From assembly GCA_044426355.1 (NCBI GenBank), contig JAWXUO010000003.1, forward strand, positions 138 to 64,137: DNA of 64,000 nt, written 5' to 3'. How positions within the stretch are numbered: the first letter of the stretch is position 1; every line of letters begins with the position of its first letter. The position numbers and the translations under genes are program-made. The stretch comes from Clostridia bacterium (GTDB lineage: Bacteria > Bacillota > Clostridia > Oscillospirales > Butyricicoccaceae). Positions 63,826 through 64,000 of the stretch are shown piece by piece. The notes under the pieces are model-generated. The model was not told the origin of the DNA, did no database searches, and saw only the letters and a list, made by a program, of their open reading frames with translations.

Positions 63826-64000
63826 TTACTCAAGAAAGCCTTTATAGTGTTTCATCATCATTTGAGATTCTATTTGACGCATTGTTTCTAGTGCTACACC
63901 AACCATGATAACTACAGATGTTCCACCTAATGCCATATTAGAAAGCACAGGGAATAACGCACCTAAAATTAAAGGTAAAGTTGCAAGTACACCTAAGAAC
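63826..64000 (-). CDS. secY: Preprotein translocase subunit SecY (C-terminal end; 5' part outside window)
   Basis: Hand translation of the minus strand ends ...[33 protein letters not shown]. It lies upstream of adk, as in spc operons. Confidence 0.85.
   Translation of the reverse strand, partial: FLGVLATLPLILGALFPVLSNMALGGTSVVIMVGVALETMRQIESQMMMKHYKGFLE

Overview
This is a low-GC Firmicutes (Clostridia-like) chromosomal segment. About the first 42 kb is a motility supercluster.

(1) Minus strand, 1-14456: an early flagellar operon that starts with fliE. Gene order is fliE-F-G-H-I-J-K, flgD, a TIGR02530-like gene, flgE, flbD, motA, motB, fliM, fliY.

(2) Plus strand, 14935-24079: a late cluster in the order flgM-flgN-flgK-flgL, a yviE-like gene, an unknown gene, then fliD-fliS-flgB-flgC. 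One gene in this cluster (19081-19782) is on the minus strand.

(3) 24123-26932: an MCP and cheV.

(4) 27118-31999: a four-gene operon encoding a FapA/DUF342 protein, an orphan ParA-like ATPase, a ComFB-like protein, and a PAS / degenerate-GGDEF / GAF protein.

(5) 32021-32386: a 366-bp composite palindromic repeat element.

(6) Minus strand, 32407-36536: an operon encoding a FliK-like protein, an FlhB C-terminal-domain paralog, and a 761-aa actin/FtsA-like ATPase.

(7) 36855-42087: cheA-cheW-cheR-cheB, then fliW-csrA.

The remaining 22 kb is housekeeping:
- coaD, rsmD, a clostridial 2x[4Fe-4S] ferredoxin that the ORF track missed, and clpC.
- rpsF-ssb-rpsR.
- A walR-walK-yycH-yycI-(murA)-yycJ-rlmH cluster in which the yycH-like gene is split by a frameshift.
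- cinA, thiI, and a cysteine desulfurase gene.
- The tail of the ribosomal spc/alpha cluster: secY-adk-map-infA-rpmJ-rpsM-rpsK-rpsD-rpoA-rplQ.

I saw no rRNA, tRNA, CRISPR array, transposase or phage genes.

The most interesting observations are:
- A promoter-like motif shared by three late motility operons, none of which has a canonical sigma-28 box.
- An apparent ~9.6 kb inversion that separates flgBC from fliE.
- The palindromic repeat family, which shows compensatory changes between copies.
- Two uncharacterised accessory operons embedded in the motility locus.

All functional calls come from my own reading of the translated ORFs. No database search was run.
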